58,756 nucleotides of DNA, from NCBI GenBank assembly GCA_030835745.1, contig JAUROA010000032.1:1-58756 (forward strand). The letters are read 5' to 3'. This document shows, one piece after another, positions 19,601 through 27,440 of this stretch; the first letter of the stretch is position 1, and every line of letters starts with the position of its first letter. The notes under the pieces were generated by a model. That model was not told the origin of the DNA, did no database searches, and worked only from the letters and a program-made list of their open reading frames with translations. Source of the DNA: Alphaproteobacteria bacterium (lineage in GTDB: Bacteria > Pseudomonadota > Alphaproteobacteria > Rickettsiales > UBA1997). Both the position numbers and the translations under genes were made by a program.

Positions 19601-20863
19601 ATTTCAGGAGCAATTTCATCTTGGTATGATTTAAGTGGTAATTCTTACAATGTAACTCAGTCTTCAACGTCAAACCAGCCATCATATGATGGTGCAGGGG
19701 TGTATTTTGATGGCTCAAATGATTATATGTGGACAGAATCTTTGGAAAGCCTTAATGAGGCTACAATATTTGCAGTTCTTGATTTAGGAAATATTGATTT
19801 TAGCGGCAATAACGCTGGCGGGGGCGCTGTTACAATCCAGCAGCAAGGAGTTGATAATTTTGATTCAATAGTATATCATGAAAGAAGCGATGCTGATAGA
19901 AAATTTATGCATGGATCTAGTTACTTTCAAAGGACTTATGTTTCATCTGTAGCTGAAGTTGATACTGGGCCATTTATTTATCAATATCAAATAAAGAGTG
20001 GCGAATTTGCAATATATAGAAATGGAGTGTTAGTAGGTCAAGCTACTTATAGCTCTACAAATAAACCAAATACAAGATTTATATTAGGCAATAGACATTT
20101 ATCAGGAACTAGCCCTACTAGTAATGGATATTGGTTTGGAAGAATTTATGAAACAATTATATTAAATCGCAAAGTTACAGATGAAGAGAGATCTAAAATT
20201 ACACATTATCTTGCAAGTAAATGGAATTTATCAGGAGAAGTTGATAGTGATTCAGATGGTGTTGTTGATAATATTGATGATAATCCATTAGTAGCATCAG
20301 GGTCATCATGTGATACTTCTCAAGTATCAAGAATAAATAATCCAGATTTTTTCTATCGATATGGTTCATATACTACTGGTAGTAGTTACTCATTAAATAA
20401 CTGGACATTATCATCTTCGATTGGAACATGGAGCAATGAGGGTTTAAATTCAATATTAACAACACCAGAAAATTTTGGCAGATATGGTAATAATGGTGAA
20501 AATAATTGCTGTAATGTAACATATCCTAGGGCTGCTGGTTTTACCAGAAATAATCCAACCATAACAATTGCCATGGATAAGCAATATTATATTTCAGAAT
20601 TTGAATGGTATGGGGTAAATGGTATTCACGGATCGAGGAGGAATGCAAAAGATGTTTTAATGCAGGGCTCCAATGATAATGCTACATGGGTTGATTTATT
20701 ATCATTTCAACTTCCCGAATTAGCAAGTTGGGATACGGCATCGAGATTTACTCTTGATAATCCAGGAAGTTATCAATATGTTCGATTTATTGTTAGCTAT
20801 AGTTGGGGAGATGCCAATTCAACAAAAATTGGCACCATATATTTGTTTGGCCCAGATTGCTAA
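13532..20863 (+). CDS. Giant (2443 aa) prepilin-signal protein: multi-LamG lectin-like adhesin with Sushi-like, beta/gamma-crystallin-like, TSP3-type Ca-binding, glycine-rich and C-terminal discoidin-like modules
   Basis: A single uninterrupted ORF with a GTG start preceded by aaagggg. N-terminus MRNINLKSA|FGIIELSIILTVISIIIAVV. Five LamG-type modules follow the pattern LWLDA.N, W.DLSGN, Q, RP, FDG, F.G.I.E.I.F, YL..KWG. Four acidic linkers (three D-x-D-x-DG-x-x-D, one degenerate), a G-rich block and a Cys-to-Cys terminal domain are also present. Confidence 0.75.
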   Translation: MRNINLKSAFGIIELSIILTVISIIIAVVTSTKVVEKKVETVGSVTVSLDKFVDAISQFASSNKRFPCPASIESKPSDANFGKEQFDNSNDDKTLHQCSGAGIFFGEGSPEAQNLVYGMLPINDLGLSISAASDSFGAKLVYIVDKRLARDNGIANNYDSDPIINLENKVTNTSQLLDFIVISYGSNKNNAYNLNSISKNNASIIEDEISNQLISASGTNFDNNFVKSSNDKKFDDIIVGGKKYEIIKEFSMEDVIRCEQHSDFLYGINMVWNSDGSARSGEIIASDTPCPSNFSYGPTNAYKRCVNGIWGDVEVGCKAAPSCYVSIEGVEPQIVDIGSGTLPCSLRGYSGSINYNCNELVEGVSASGQVTEGYDGDLIINGSCSNIGDGCYIEDVLGIDNRTVIYGVNKAGSSGTIQCREGFTGSLTYDCQCTLGGSFTEHCPRNCPCTGKYKIGEYPSVHSNGISGMVLDSGVKITVYSGGSFTGSTAVFTSTQNNCSNGWNDRVRSYKFEMINGICPETNINLSVTDSCAISTLPDFSSVIDAKIGDQSELDNIESNIKLWLDASNIDGNNNRYVKNGQKINKWYDLSGNNYNATQDTESYRPTYDGASFIFDGSNDHFTLPNIFAGTSQATGIIVIKDKELSTAARNMAHWDFGNYGQVMNVYGGGCCRQVYDNFGMSSRPLTVSDIQKNNETQIYIIQNDGSNFTSYMDGQFGISASSGGYNMRSNPLIGKGWGSSNTSGSAYFKGEIKEIIMFDKILLSKERYIITHYLSKKWGLEDFVDSDGDGVVDSLDDTPYGESRIIFSEAITQEIGDLAGDLSHLNANLKLWLDAQNTNDDSNRGLIDGSAIAQWNDLSGNNYHLAQSSSGYRPVINSESGKDYVDFVSNDFLTTNLSQGFSDLNGEDRTIIVLFKQEEVADNPYAGSGIISTRPYGNQSLGFTFSVKNNQTAFAYSREQSSSEVISNDIMALNQFHILSFRTTKNDQQILKEGKVIAQELLDVWDIQNSGNLVLGKERHAELQYGYKFHGKIAEVIIFDKKISDEDLYKINHYLAKKWGHESSLDSDGDGVVDSLDENPTSHLILHFTFDNTNISEIGDYKIISYDEQNPDILTYNLSNSRDLTPVLFKHNEYYSTAGSPTNPSDFFKLNKDLDLRNYPKFSISFWAMANSDIDGQALTGGSEKYSRLFNMRKQSHGYIGYQNTNIGILYDNWQNNTPFNQRWVQKAYYRGDGSWSYLESNNFAMDFRNWVHYAFTFDMDNDYIAFYKNGQLNGYHNTSNNYSDLYPYFHLGSHGASHGDGQRSYFDDFRIYSVALTASEVEAIYNATDKITLQDKILYYGNGVDGDVTINSGNINTTSYIVGRTAPDGEAFSVEAIDVNKISVKGVGTGGTSSSNVANSFKVGDILLLINMRGDANNFDNVGNYEFVKVQGVEQNNITINGQIKKIYGLSDNSDLTSQSVMIQRVPQYDNLYLNGDITVQDWDGQVGGILAVKVKNILVNNTSIDVSKKGYRGGARVDGGSAPYGLQGESISGQTNIMINSNNQGGGGGGISCSHAAGGAGGGYGSNGANGSNGNSCSPGGTAGLAYGENSFPSKIFLGSGGGSGGEDNREPESWAGPGFKGGDGGGIIMIYANNITINSGANFIANAENGESRGSAYGQDGGGGGGGSGGSINIVTNNYNGSLNYQINGGSGGSVDTNGDGGAGGAGRFKLSSQIAELDIADSNLAYSFDILSLGSKISLWLDATNIDGYDNSTLSDGDKISSWKNLAKSNALTQTNISNQPTLVEGYLNQKPAVKFDRSSKHFLQDLSFSENLNTIFFVYKPNNDINKSTSSCGGINFNQNSNIALWFGSVTEHLNDEILSFNSGNPLEAWVAPNEEAISSQNANIFAVRYSGSNMNLYYNGIIKNNAVRTENVHEYTTNGIKLSQSTALNNDLCYLDGYIAELIIVNQALTNDEFNRINYYLSYKWGLMDVVDSDADSLIDSADSFPLKSDGEVLVRSIPPKLWLDSKNIDGQNNLTISGAISSWYDLSGNSYNVTQSSTSNQPSYDGAGVYFDGSNDYMWTESLESLNEATIFAVLDLGNIDFSGNNAGGGAVTIQQQGVDNFDSIVYHERSDADRKFMHGSSYFQRTYVSSVAEVDTGPFIYQYQIKSGEFAIYRNGVLVGQATYSSTNKPNTRFILGNRHLSGTSPTSNGYWFGRIYETIILNRKVTDEERSKITHYLASKWNLSGEVDSDSDGVVDNIDDNPLVASGSSCDTSQVSRINNPDFFYRYGSYTTGSSYSLNNWTLSSSIGTWSNEGLNSILTTPENFGRYGNNGENNCCNVTYPRAAGFTRNNPTITIAMDKQYYISEFEWYGVNGIHGSRRNAKDVLMQGSNDNATWVDLLSFQLPELASWDTASRFTLDNPGSYQYVRFIVSYSWGDANSTKIGTIYLFGPDC
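14303..14482 (+). other. Sushi/CCP-like four-cysteine module
   Basis: C258-x31-C290-x14-C305-x11-C317 with NGIW after the third Cys. The spacing and the Trp resemble complement control protein modules. More C..G[YF].G...Y.C modules follow up to about 14880. Confidence 0.4.
14881..15072 (+). other. Beta/gamma-crystallin-like Greek-key segment
   Basis: ITVYSGGSFTGSTAVF fits [YFW]-x4-[FY]-x-G, and NDRVRSYKF follows downstream. Confidence 0.4.
15215..17525 (+). repeat. Three consecutive LamG/ConA-like jelly-roll modules (about 15215-15886, 16019-16729, 16781-17525) separated by TSP3-type acidic linkers
   Basis: Modules 1 and 2 start with KLWLDA and end with YL.KKWG plus DSDGDGVVDSLD (15887..15925 and 16730..16768). 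Module 3 is the Laminin_G_3 style (LHFTFDN, SISFWA, DDFRIYSVALTASEVEAIYN). Confidence 0.65.
17548..18690 (+). other. Glycine-rich, probably beta-helical insert
   Basis: GNGVDGDVTINSGNINT is followed by runs such as NQGGGGGGISCSHAAGGAGGGYGSNGANGSNG, GSGGGSGGED, DGGGGGGGSGGSINIV and GGSGGSVDTNGDGGAGGAG. Confidence 0.5.
18755..20242 (+). repeat. Two further LamG/ConA-like modules (about 18755-19465 and 19550-20242) with acidic linkers
   Basis: SLWLDATNIDG to YIAELIIVNQALTNDEFNRINYYLSYKWGL plus DSDADSLIDSAD (19466..19501). KLWLDSKNIDG to RIYETIILNRKVTDEERSKITHYLASKWNL plus DSDSDGVVDNIDD (20243..20281). Confidence 0.65.
20309..20860 (+). other. C-terminal discoidin (F5/8 type C)/galactose-binding-like domain bounded by Cys residues
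   Basis: It begins at Cys2260 and ends at the terminal Cys2443. The YVRFIVSYSWGD and TIYLFG strands resemble discoidin-fold domains, and eukaryotic FA58C domains are closed by a disulfide between their first and last Cys. Confidence 0.45.
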
Positions 20864-20892
20864 TGCTTAAGAATTAACATATAATACTAAAA

Positions 20893-20940
20893 GACATCTT
20901 TAAAGCAATTAAAATTCAACCAAAGATGGTTTTTGTGTTA
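20893..20940. repeat. Copy of a dispersed short palindromic intergenic repeat
   Basis: gacatctttaaagcaattaaaattcaaccaaagatggtttttgtgtta. The 3' half aaagatggtttttg.gttatt is nearly identical to the copy at 26194. Confidence 0.5.
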
Positions 20941-21027
20941 TTAATAATTATCAAATTAAAAAATACTTGAAATTAGGCTTAATATAACTAGAAATTAGTG
21001 AATATTACTAATTATAATTTTAATTAA

Positions 21028-21978
<951 letters not shown>

Positions 21979-21983
21979 ATATT

Positions 21984-23537
21984 TTGGCTGTAATAAATAA
22001 TTTTAATAAAAAATATCGGCTTTATTTTATTTGTTTTATATTTGCTATTTTATCTTTTATAATAATTGGTCGCATGATCTTTATTGTAGCTTACGGCAAT
22101 AAGAATCATGTGATTAGCGATTATAAAGTTAAAAAAGATTCTAAAAGAGGTTCTATTATTGATAGAAATGGTGTTATTTTAGCTGGAGATGTTAAAACCA
22201 AATCACTTTATGTTAAAAATATACTTGTTAAAAATAGCGATCAAATTGCCTTAAAATTAGCAAGATTATTTAAAGACCTTAATTATCAAGAGCTCAAGTT
22301 AAAGTTGGAAAAAAAAACCAAAAAAGATTGGGTCTTGATTAAAAGAAATTTATCGCCAAATCAAGTTGCTCAGGTTAAGAATATGCATATTGCCGGATTA
22401 GTTTTTCAAGATGATATAAGTAGAATATATCCTCATAAGTCTCTTCTAAGTCATGTTGTAGGTTATAGTGATATTGATAGAAACGGACTTTCTGGCATTG
22501 AATTAAGTTATAATAAAAAGCTTCATCAAGGTAAAGATATACAAACTGCTATTGATGTTAGAGTGCAAGATGCATTAGATAATGAGCTGAGAATTGCTAT
22601 GAAAAAATATAAATCCAAAGCTGCTGCCGGAATTATTATGAATGTTAATAATGGCGAGGTAATTGCTTTATCATCATTGCCAAATTTTGACCCAAATAAT
22701 AAGGAAGATATCAATTCAACAAATAGTTTTAATAGATTAGTTAGTGGAGTTTATGAATTGGGATCAGTTCTTAAAATTTTAACATATGCTATTGCCTTTG
22801 AAGATAATTTGCTAAATGAAAAAGAAATATTTAATGTTAAGGACCCAATAAAATATGGCAAATATACCATTAAAGACGATCACTATGTTAAAGATAATAT
22901 GAATTATAATGATATTTTTATTCATTCATCAAATATTGGTACAGTAAAAATTGCTAAAAAAATTGGCGCTAAAAGGCAAAAATCATTTTTTGAAGATATT
23001 GGTTTTTTAAAAAAATTAGATAGTGATTTTGTTGGATTGGCAACCCCAATTATTCCAAAAAGATGGAGCGATATTAGTCTTTACACCATATCATTTGGTC
23101 ACGGAATTGCAATTACACCACTTCATCTGGCAGTTGGAGTAAGTGCAATTGTTAATGGTGGTAGCTTGGTTAGTCCTTCTTTTTTAAAAAGGGATGATCA
23201 AATAATTGCTAAAAAAATAATTAGTCAAAATAGTTCAGAAAAAATAAGAAAATTAATGGCAAATGCTGTTAGCGATGGAACAGGAAAAAAAGCTGAAGTT
23301 AAAGATATTGCAATAGGGGGTAAAACAGGAACTGCTGAAAAAGCCGAGCTAGGAAGTTATAATAAAAGAAAGACAATAGCATCATTTGTTGCTGCTTTTC
23401 CTATTGAAGAGCCTGAATATTTAATATATATCTTATTTGATAATTCTGATTATATATATAATTCTGGGGGTATGCTTGCGGCTCCAATTGTATCTAATAT
23501 TATTTCCAAAACCTTGATGATGCTGCATGAATTATAA
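21984..23537 (+). CDS. ftsI: Class B penicillin-binding protein, FtsI/PBP3-like transpeptidase
   Basis: N-terminal TM anchor, RGSIIDRNG, an SxxK-type GSVLK, SSN (HSSNIG) and KTGT (GGKTGTA). The tracked start is TTG. It is not in a dcw cluster. Confidence 0.8.
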   Translation: MAVINNFNKKYRLYFICFIFAILSFIIIGRMIFIVAYGNKNHVISDYKVKKDSKRGSIIDRNGVILAGDVKTKSLYVKNILVKNSDQIALKLARLFKDLNYQELKLKLEKKTKKDWVLIKRNLSPNQVAQVKNMHIAGLVFQDDISRIYPHKSLLSHVVGYSDIDRNGLSGIELSYNKKLHQGKDIQTAIDVRVQDALDNELRIAMKKYKSKAAAGIIMNVNNGEVIALSSLPNFDPNNKEDINSTNSFNRLVSGVYELGSVLKILTYAIAFEDNLLNEKEIFNVKDPIKYGKYTIKDDHYVKDNMNYNDIFIHSSNIGTVKIAKKIGAKRQKSFFEDIGFLKKLDSDFVGLATPIIPKRWSDISLYTISFGHGIAITPLHLAVGVSAIVNGGSLVSPSFLKRDDQIIAKKIISQNSSEKIRKLMANAVSDGTGKKAEVKDIAIGGKTGTAEKAELGSYNKRKTIASFVAAFPIEEPEYLIYILFDNSDYIYNSGGMLAAPIVSNIISKTLMMLHEL

Positions 23538-23731
23538 TCTTCTCTTTTTTTTGTGATTTTGCTAAGATGCAATATGTCTTAAAATGACACATATAATAGT
23601 TGCAAATAGTAAAATAACAAAAAAATATATAATTTAGAGTGAATTAATTATTAAATTTGGCACATTAATTTTGTTTAATTAATTCAAACACCAGACGCAA
23701 AATGTCCTATAAACCTTTAAATAATTAAGAA

Positions 23732-24757
23732 ATGAGTAGTAACCATATACCTGAAAACCATCCAAAAATTGAAAAAAATCTTGGAATATTAATAATCAAT
23801 CTCGGCACACCTGATAATTATGACTTTTTTTCAGTTAGAAGATATCTTAAAGAATTTTTATCAGATCAAAGAGTAATAGAAGTTAATCCTATAGCATGGA
23901 AATTTATTTTAAATTTCTTTATACTGAATTATAGACCTTTTATTGCCAAAAGAAATTACAAAAAAATATGGTTTACCAATATTAACGAATCTCCATTAAG
24001 TTATTACACCAGGAATCAAGCAAGAAAAGTTGGAGAAATGGTTGATGAAAGCTATGATCATATTGTGGTTGACTATGCTATGAGATATGGCAATCCATCA
24101 ATTGAGTCTAAAATTAACAAACTTATCGATAAAGGGTGTCAAAAAATTCTATTCATTCCATTATATCCTCAATATAGTGCTGCAACTACAGCCTCGACTT
24201 GCGACGAAATTTCTAGAGTAATGTCTAAGATAAGATGGCAGCCAGAAATTCGAATTATCAATCAATATTGTGATAATGGTCATTATATTAAAGGCTTGGT
24301 TGGGATATTAAAAAAGCATTTCAGTGAAATAGATTTTAAGCCAGATGCAGTTCTTGCTTCTTATCATGGTATACCTCAAGAATATTTTGATAAGGGTGAC
24401 CCATATTCTTGTTTTTGTAAAAAAACCCATAGATTATTTTGCGAGGAAATTGAAAGTCAAAAATTAAATTTAAAAACATATTTCGGTTTTCAATCAAGAT
24501 TTGGTCCAAAAGAATGGCTTCAACCATATACTTCAGATGTATTGAGGCAAGTAATTGAAGATGACGTAAAAAATCTTGCAGTTATCGCTCCAGGATTTGC
24601 TTGTGATTGCGTTGAAACTCTTGAAGAAATTGCAATGGGTTATAAGGAAGAATTTTTGTCATTAGGTGGTAAAAATTTTACCGTGATACCATGTTTAAAT
24701 GATGAAGCATATGCCACAAATTTGGTTTATAATCTAATAATGGATTATATGTGGTAG
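23732..24757 (+). CDS. hemH: Ferrochelatase
   Basis: GILIINLGTPD, RRYLKEFLSDQRVIEV, PLYPQYSAATT and SYHGIP motifs. Confidence 0.92.
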   Translation: MSSNHIPENHPKIEKNLGILIINLGTPDNYDFFSVRRYLKEFLSDQRVIEVNPIAWKFILNFFILNYRPFIAKRNYKKIWFTNINESPLSYYTRNQARKVGEMVDESYDHIVVDYAMRYGNPSIESKINKLIDKGCQKILFIPLYPQYSAATTASTCDEISRVMSKIRWQPEIRIINQYCDNGHYIKGLVGILKKHFSEIDFKPDAVLASYHGIPQEYFDKGDPYSCFCKKTHRLFCEEIESQKLNLKTYFGFQSRFGPKEWLQPYTSDVLRQVIEDDVKNLAVIAPGFACDCVETLEEIAMGYKEEFLSLGGKNFTVIPCLNDEAYATNLVYNLIMDYMW

Positions 24758-24806
24758 ATAAACTATTCTAAGTTGCTAAAGATTAAAATATTATATATTT
24801 TAAGCC

Positions 24807-24903
24807 CTATGTGTTTTGAATTCTATGTGTTTTAGTTCTATGCGTTTTTAGTTCTATGTAATTTTAGCTTTATAGTTTTTTATGTTTTAGGTTTTTTATG
24901 TTC
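24807..24903. repeat. Degenerate tandem repeat, about 15-17 bp unit (ctatgtgttttagtt), 4-6 copies
   Basis: Units start at 24807, 24823, 24838 and 24854 and decay into tatgttttag units. The array lies between the convergent hemH and SDR genes and touches the SDR stop codon. Confidence 0.6.
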
Positions 24904-25645
24904 TGGCTTTTGCTTTAAGAGAAAATCCGCCTTCTATTTTTATTACTTGACCTGTAATCCAGTCATTATCTGGGTTAAGCAAAAATGAGCAAGCACGAGA
25001 TATATCCCCAACTTCTCCAATTCTGCCTAGTGAATGCATTGAACATGATGCTTTTAACATCATTTCGTTACCAGTCAGATCTTGGCTTAGATTTGTTTTT
25101 GTAAGACTTGGAGCAATGGCATTAAATCTTATATTTTTACCTGAATATGTACATGATGCTGACCTTATCAACCCTTCAATTCCGGATTTGGCAGCAGCGA
25201 TTGCTTCATGATTTGATATGCCAATTGAGGCTGCTATAGATGATAAAAATACAACTGAGCCACCTTCAGACATATTCTTAGCAGCTGATCTGGTTATGGC
25301 AAAACAAGTGGTTAAATTTTTGTTGATTACATCCATATATTGCTCGAAATTTGTTTGATGAGCTGCCTTTAACATTATTGATCCAGCAAAATTAACAATA
25401 CCATCGATTTTACCAAATTTTTCTTTTGCTAGTTGAGTAATTTTTTCTACCTCATCAAAATCTGATAAATCTTGACATATTTGATAATCATAACCAGTTT
25501 CTTGTTTGATATTATTGGCTAATTCTTCATTTCTTGATGTAAAAAATACATTGCTGTCAAATATTTTAAGCTTTCTAATAAGATCCTGAGCAATTGAAGA
25601 TGTGCCAGCAAATATAAGGTAGTTTTTATTATTAAATGACTTCAT
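24896..25645 (-). CDS. SDR family oxidoreductase
   Basis: The N-terminal nucleotide-binding segment is IFAGTSSIAQDL. It also has an NFAG (NAG-like) motif, the active-site region AIAAAKSG and the C-terminal tail ITGQVIKIEGG. Confidence 0.8.
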   Translation of the reverse strand: MKSFNNKNYLIFAGTSSIAQDLIRKLKIFDSNVFFTSRNEELANNIKQETGYDYQICQDLSDFDEVEKITQLAKEKFGKIDGIVNFAGSIMLKAAHQTNFEQYMDVINKNLTTCFAITRSAAKNMSEGGSVVFLSSIAASIGISNHEAIAAAKSGIEGLIRSASCTYSGKNIRFNAIAPSLTKTNLSQDLTGNEMMLKASCSMHSLGRIGEVGDISRACSFLLNPDNDWITGQVIKIEGGFSLKAKART

Positions 25646-25692
25646 ATAAATTTATAATTTTGATTATTTATTAAAATGTGATATTTGATATC

Positions 25693-26142
25693 CTAAATGT
25701 GGGAGAGAAAAATGCCACAGGAAACTGCTAAATTAATTGATCTCATATTATTTTGCATATTAATATAAACTCTATGGTCACATTTTTGATGAATTGACAA
25801 ATCAACACCACAGCTTTCTTGGCCAAATAAAATAATGTCATTTTGTTTAAATGTAAAATTTCTTAGATCTTCATCACCTTTTGTGGTTGCGAGTATAAGT
25901 CTTTTTGATTTTGTATTAACTTCATTTTGATAAAATATATCAAATGAATTATGTCTTATTATATTAATTTTATTAAAATAATCTAGTGCAGATTTTTTAA
26001 TTTTTTTTACATCAAAGGGAAAGCCGCAAGGTTCAATAATATGAAGATTGGCATTAAAACAAGCGCAGCTTCTAATAATAGATCCGACATTTCCAGCAAT
26101 TTCTGGTTGATATAATGCAATATCTATTTTTTTATTAGCCAT
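25693..26142 (-). CDS. trmL: tRNA (cytidine/uridine-2'-O)-methyltransferase TrmL (SpoU/TrmH family)
   Basis: 149 aa. IALYQPEIAGNVGSIIRSCACFNANLHIIEPCGF, KSALDYF, FGQESCG and SINLAVSCGI match the TrmL pattern. Confidence 0.8.
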   Translation of the reverse strand: MANKKIDIALYQPEIAGNVGSIIRSCACFNANLHIIEPCGFPFDVKKIKKSALDYFNKINIIRHNSFDIFYQNEVNTKSKRLILATTKGDEDLRNFTFKQNDIILFGQESCGVDLSIHQKCDHRVYINMQNNMRSINLAVSCGIFLSHI

Positions 26143-26193
26143 ATTAAATTTTAAAATTACTATTATTAATTAATGATAAATAATAATATAATA

Positions 26194-26248
26194 AAAACCA
26201 TTTTTAAAACAATTAAAAAACTTAATTAAAGATGGTTTTTGGCGTTAT
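26194..26248. repeat. Copy of a dispersed short palindromic intergenic repeat (best hairpin)
   Basis: aaaaccatttttaa-(loop)-ttaaagatggtttt is a 14-bp inverted repeat with one mismatch. It lies in the divergent trmL/tsaE spacer. Confidence 0.5.
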
Positions 26249-26299
26249 TTATTTACCAATAATTAACAAATATAAGTCAATAAATTAAGATCATTATTA

Positions 26300-26734
26300 A
26301 TGTCAGAATTTTTTATTCAAAATAAAAAGCAAATGTCTCTATTAGCTGCGCAAATAGCTGATCAGGCCTTGTTTAATAGTGTATATGCCTTAACGGGAAC
26401 TTTAGGATCCGGTAAAACATTTTTTGCTAAAGAATTTATAAATTCTCTTCAAAAAGAAAAGGATAATATATTAAGCCCAACTTTTAATATTGTTAATTAT
26501 TATCAAGGTTTAAAGGGTGAAATTCATCATTTTGATCTTTATAGAATTGAAAATAAAAATGAATTAGAGAATGTTGGTTTTTTTGATTCTTTGTCGCAAG
26601 CAATATGTCTAATTGAATGGCCCGAAATAGCATCAAAATTTTTACCACCGCACTATATCGAAATTAATATAACGCATCACAAAGATGATGATTTGCAGTC
26701 TAGAACAGTAAAAGTCACTTATAATGGACAATAA
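26300..26734 (+). CDS. tsaE: tRNA threonylcarbamoyladenosine biosynthesis ATPase TsaE (YjeE)
   Basis: LTGTLGSGKTFFAK P-loop, SPTFNIVNYY, HFDLYR and IEWPE motifs. Confidence 0.87.
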   Translation: MSEFFIQNKKQMSLLAAQIADQALFNSVYALTGTLGSGKTFFAKEFINSLQKEKDNILSPTFNIVNYYQGLKGEIHHFDLYRIENKNELENVGFFDSLSQAICLIEWPEIASKFLPPHYIEINITHHKDDDLQSRTVKVTYNGQ

Positions 26735-27344
26735 TGAATGGGTTAATATATTATATTTGATGTTATTATTGGCATTTATTGCAAGCTCAATATTTACCAG
26801 GGGAAATATGCCAATTTTAAAAGCTGTGAAATATTTCAGTATTTGGGCTGCAATTGCTATGTTTATTGTAATTTTATATAGTTTTCGCTTTGATTTTCTT
26901 GAGGTTAAAACTAGATTAGTTGGGGAATTAAATCCATCCCATATTCAGGTTAACTCATCAGATAAAATAATAATCAATATGTCTTATGGAAATCATTTTT
27001 ATGCCAATGTTAAAGTTAACAGCAAAAATATTAAATTCATGATTGATACAGGGGCAACCGATATGGTGCTCAGTCTTAGAGATGCTAAAAAAGCGGGTAT
27101 TAATATAGCAAAGCTCATTTTTAATAAACCTTATCAAACGGCAAATGGCATTTCATATGGCGCTTCAGTTATTTTAAAAGATATAAAATTTGGCAATCTA
27201 AATCTGAAAAATGTAAGAGCATCTGTTAATAGTTCGGATATGGGGGTGTCATTACTTGGTATGAGTTTCTTAAAAAATTTTAAGAAATATGAATTTTATC
27301 AAAATAAGCTCATATTAACACCTTATGCCAATAGCCATTTTTAA
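26724..27344 (+). CDS. Membrane-anchored retropepsin-like (clan AA) aspartic protease
   Basis: Two N-terminal TM helices are followed by FMIDTGATDMVL (DTG active site) and LLGMSFLK. This is the architecture of the alphaproteobacterial/rickettsial retropepsin-like proteases. Confidence 0.75.
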   Translation: MDNNEWVNILYLMLLLAFIASSIFTRGNMPILKAVKYFSIWAAIAMFIVILYSFRFDFLEVKTRLVGELNPSHIQVNSSDKIIINMSYGNHFYANVKVNSKNIKFMIDTGATDMVLSLRDAKKAGINIAKLIFNKPYQTANGISYGASVILKDIKFGNLNLKNVRASVNSSDMGVSLLGMSFLKNFKKYEFYQNKLILTPYANSHF

Positions 27345-27366
27345 AACAATAAAGATAGCTATTGCT
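27334..27366. repeat. Partial copy of the dispersed palindromic repeat overlapping the stop of the aspartic protease gene
   Basis: aatagccatttttaaaacaataaagatagctatt has flanking AATAGC/GCTATT arms and the shared ccatttttaaaacaat core. Confidence 0.35.
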
Positions 27367-27440
27367 AATTCTTAATTTTTTTAGATATATTTTGTGCTAT
27401 TAGTTTGCTCTATTATGTTTGTTTTATTGAGTAAGTTAAA

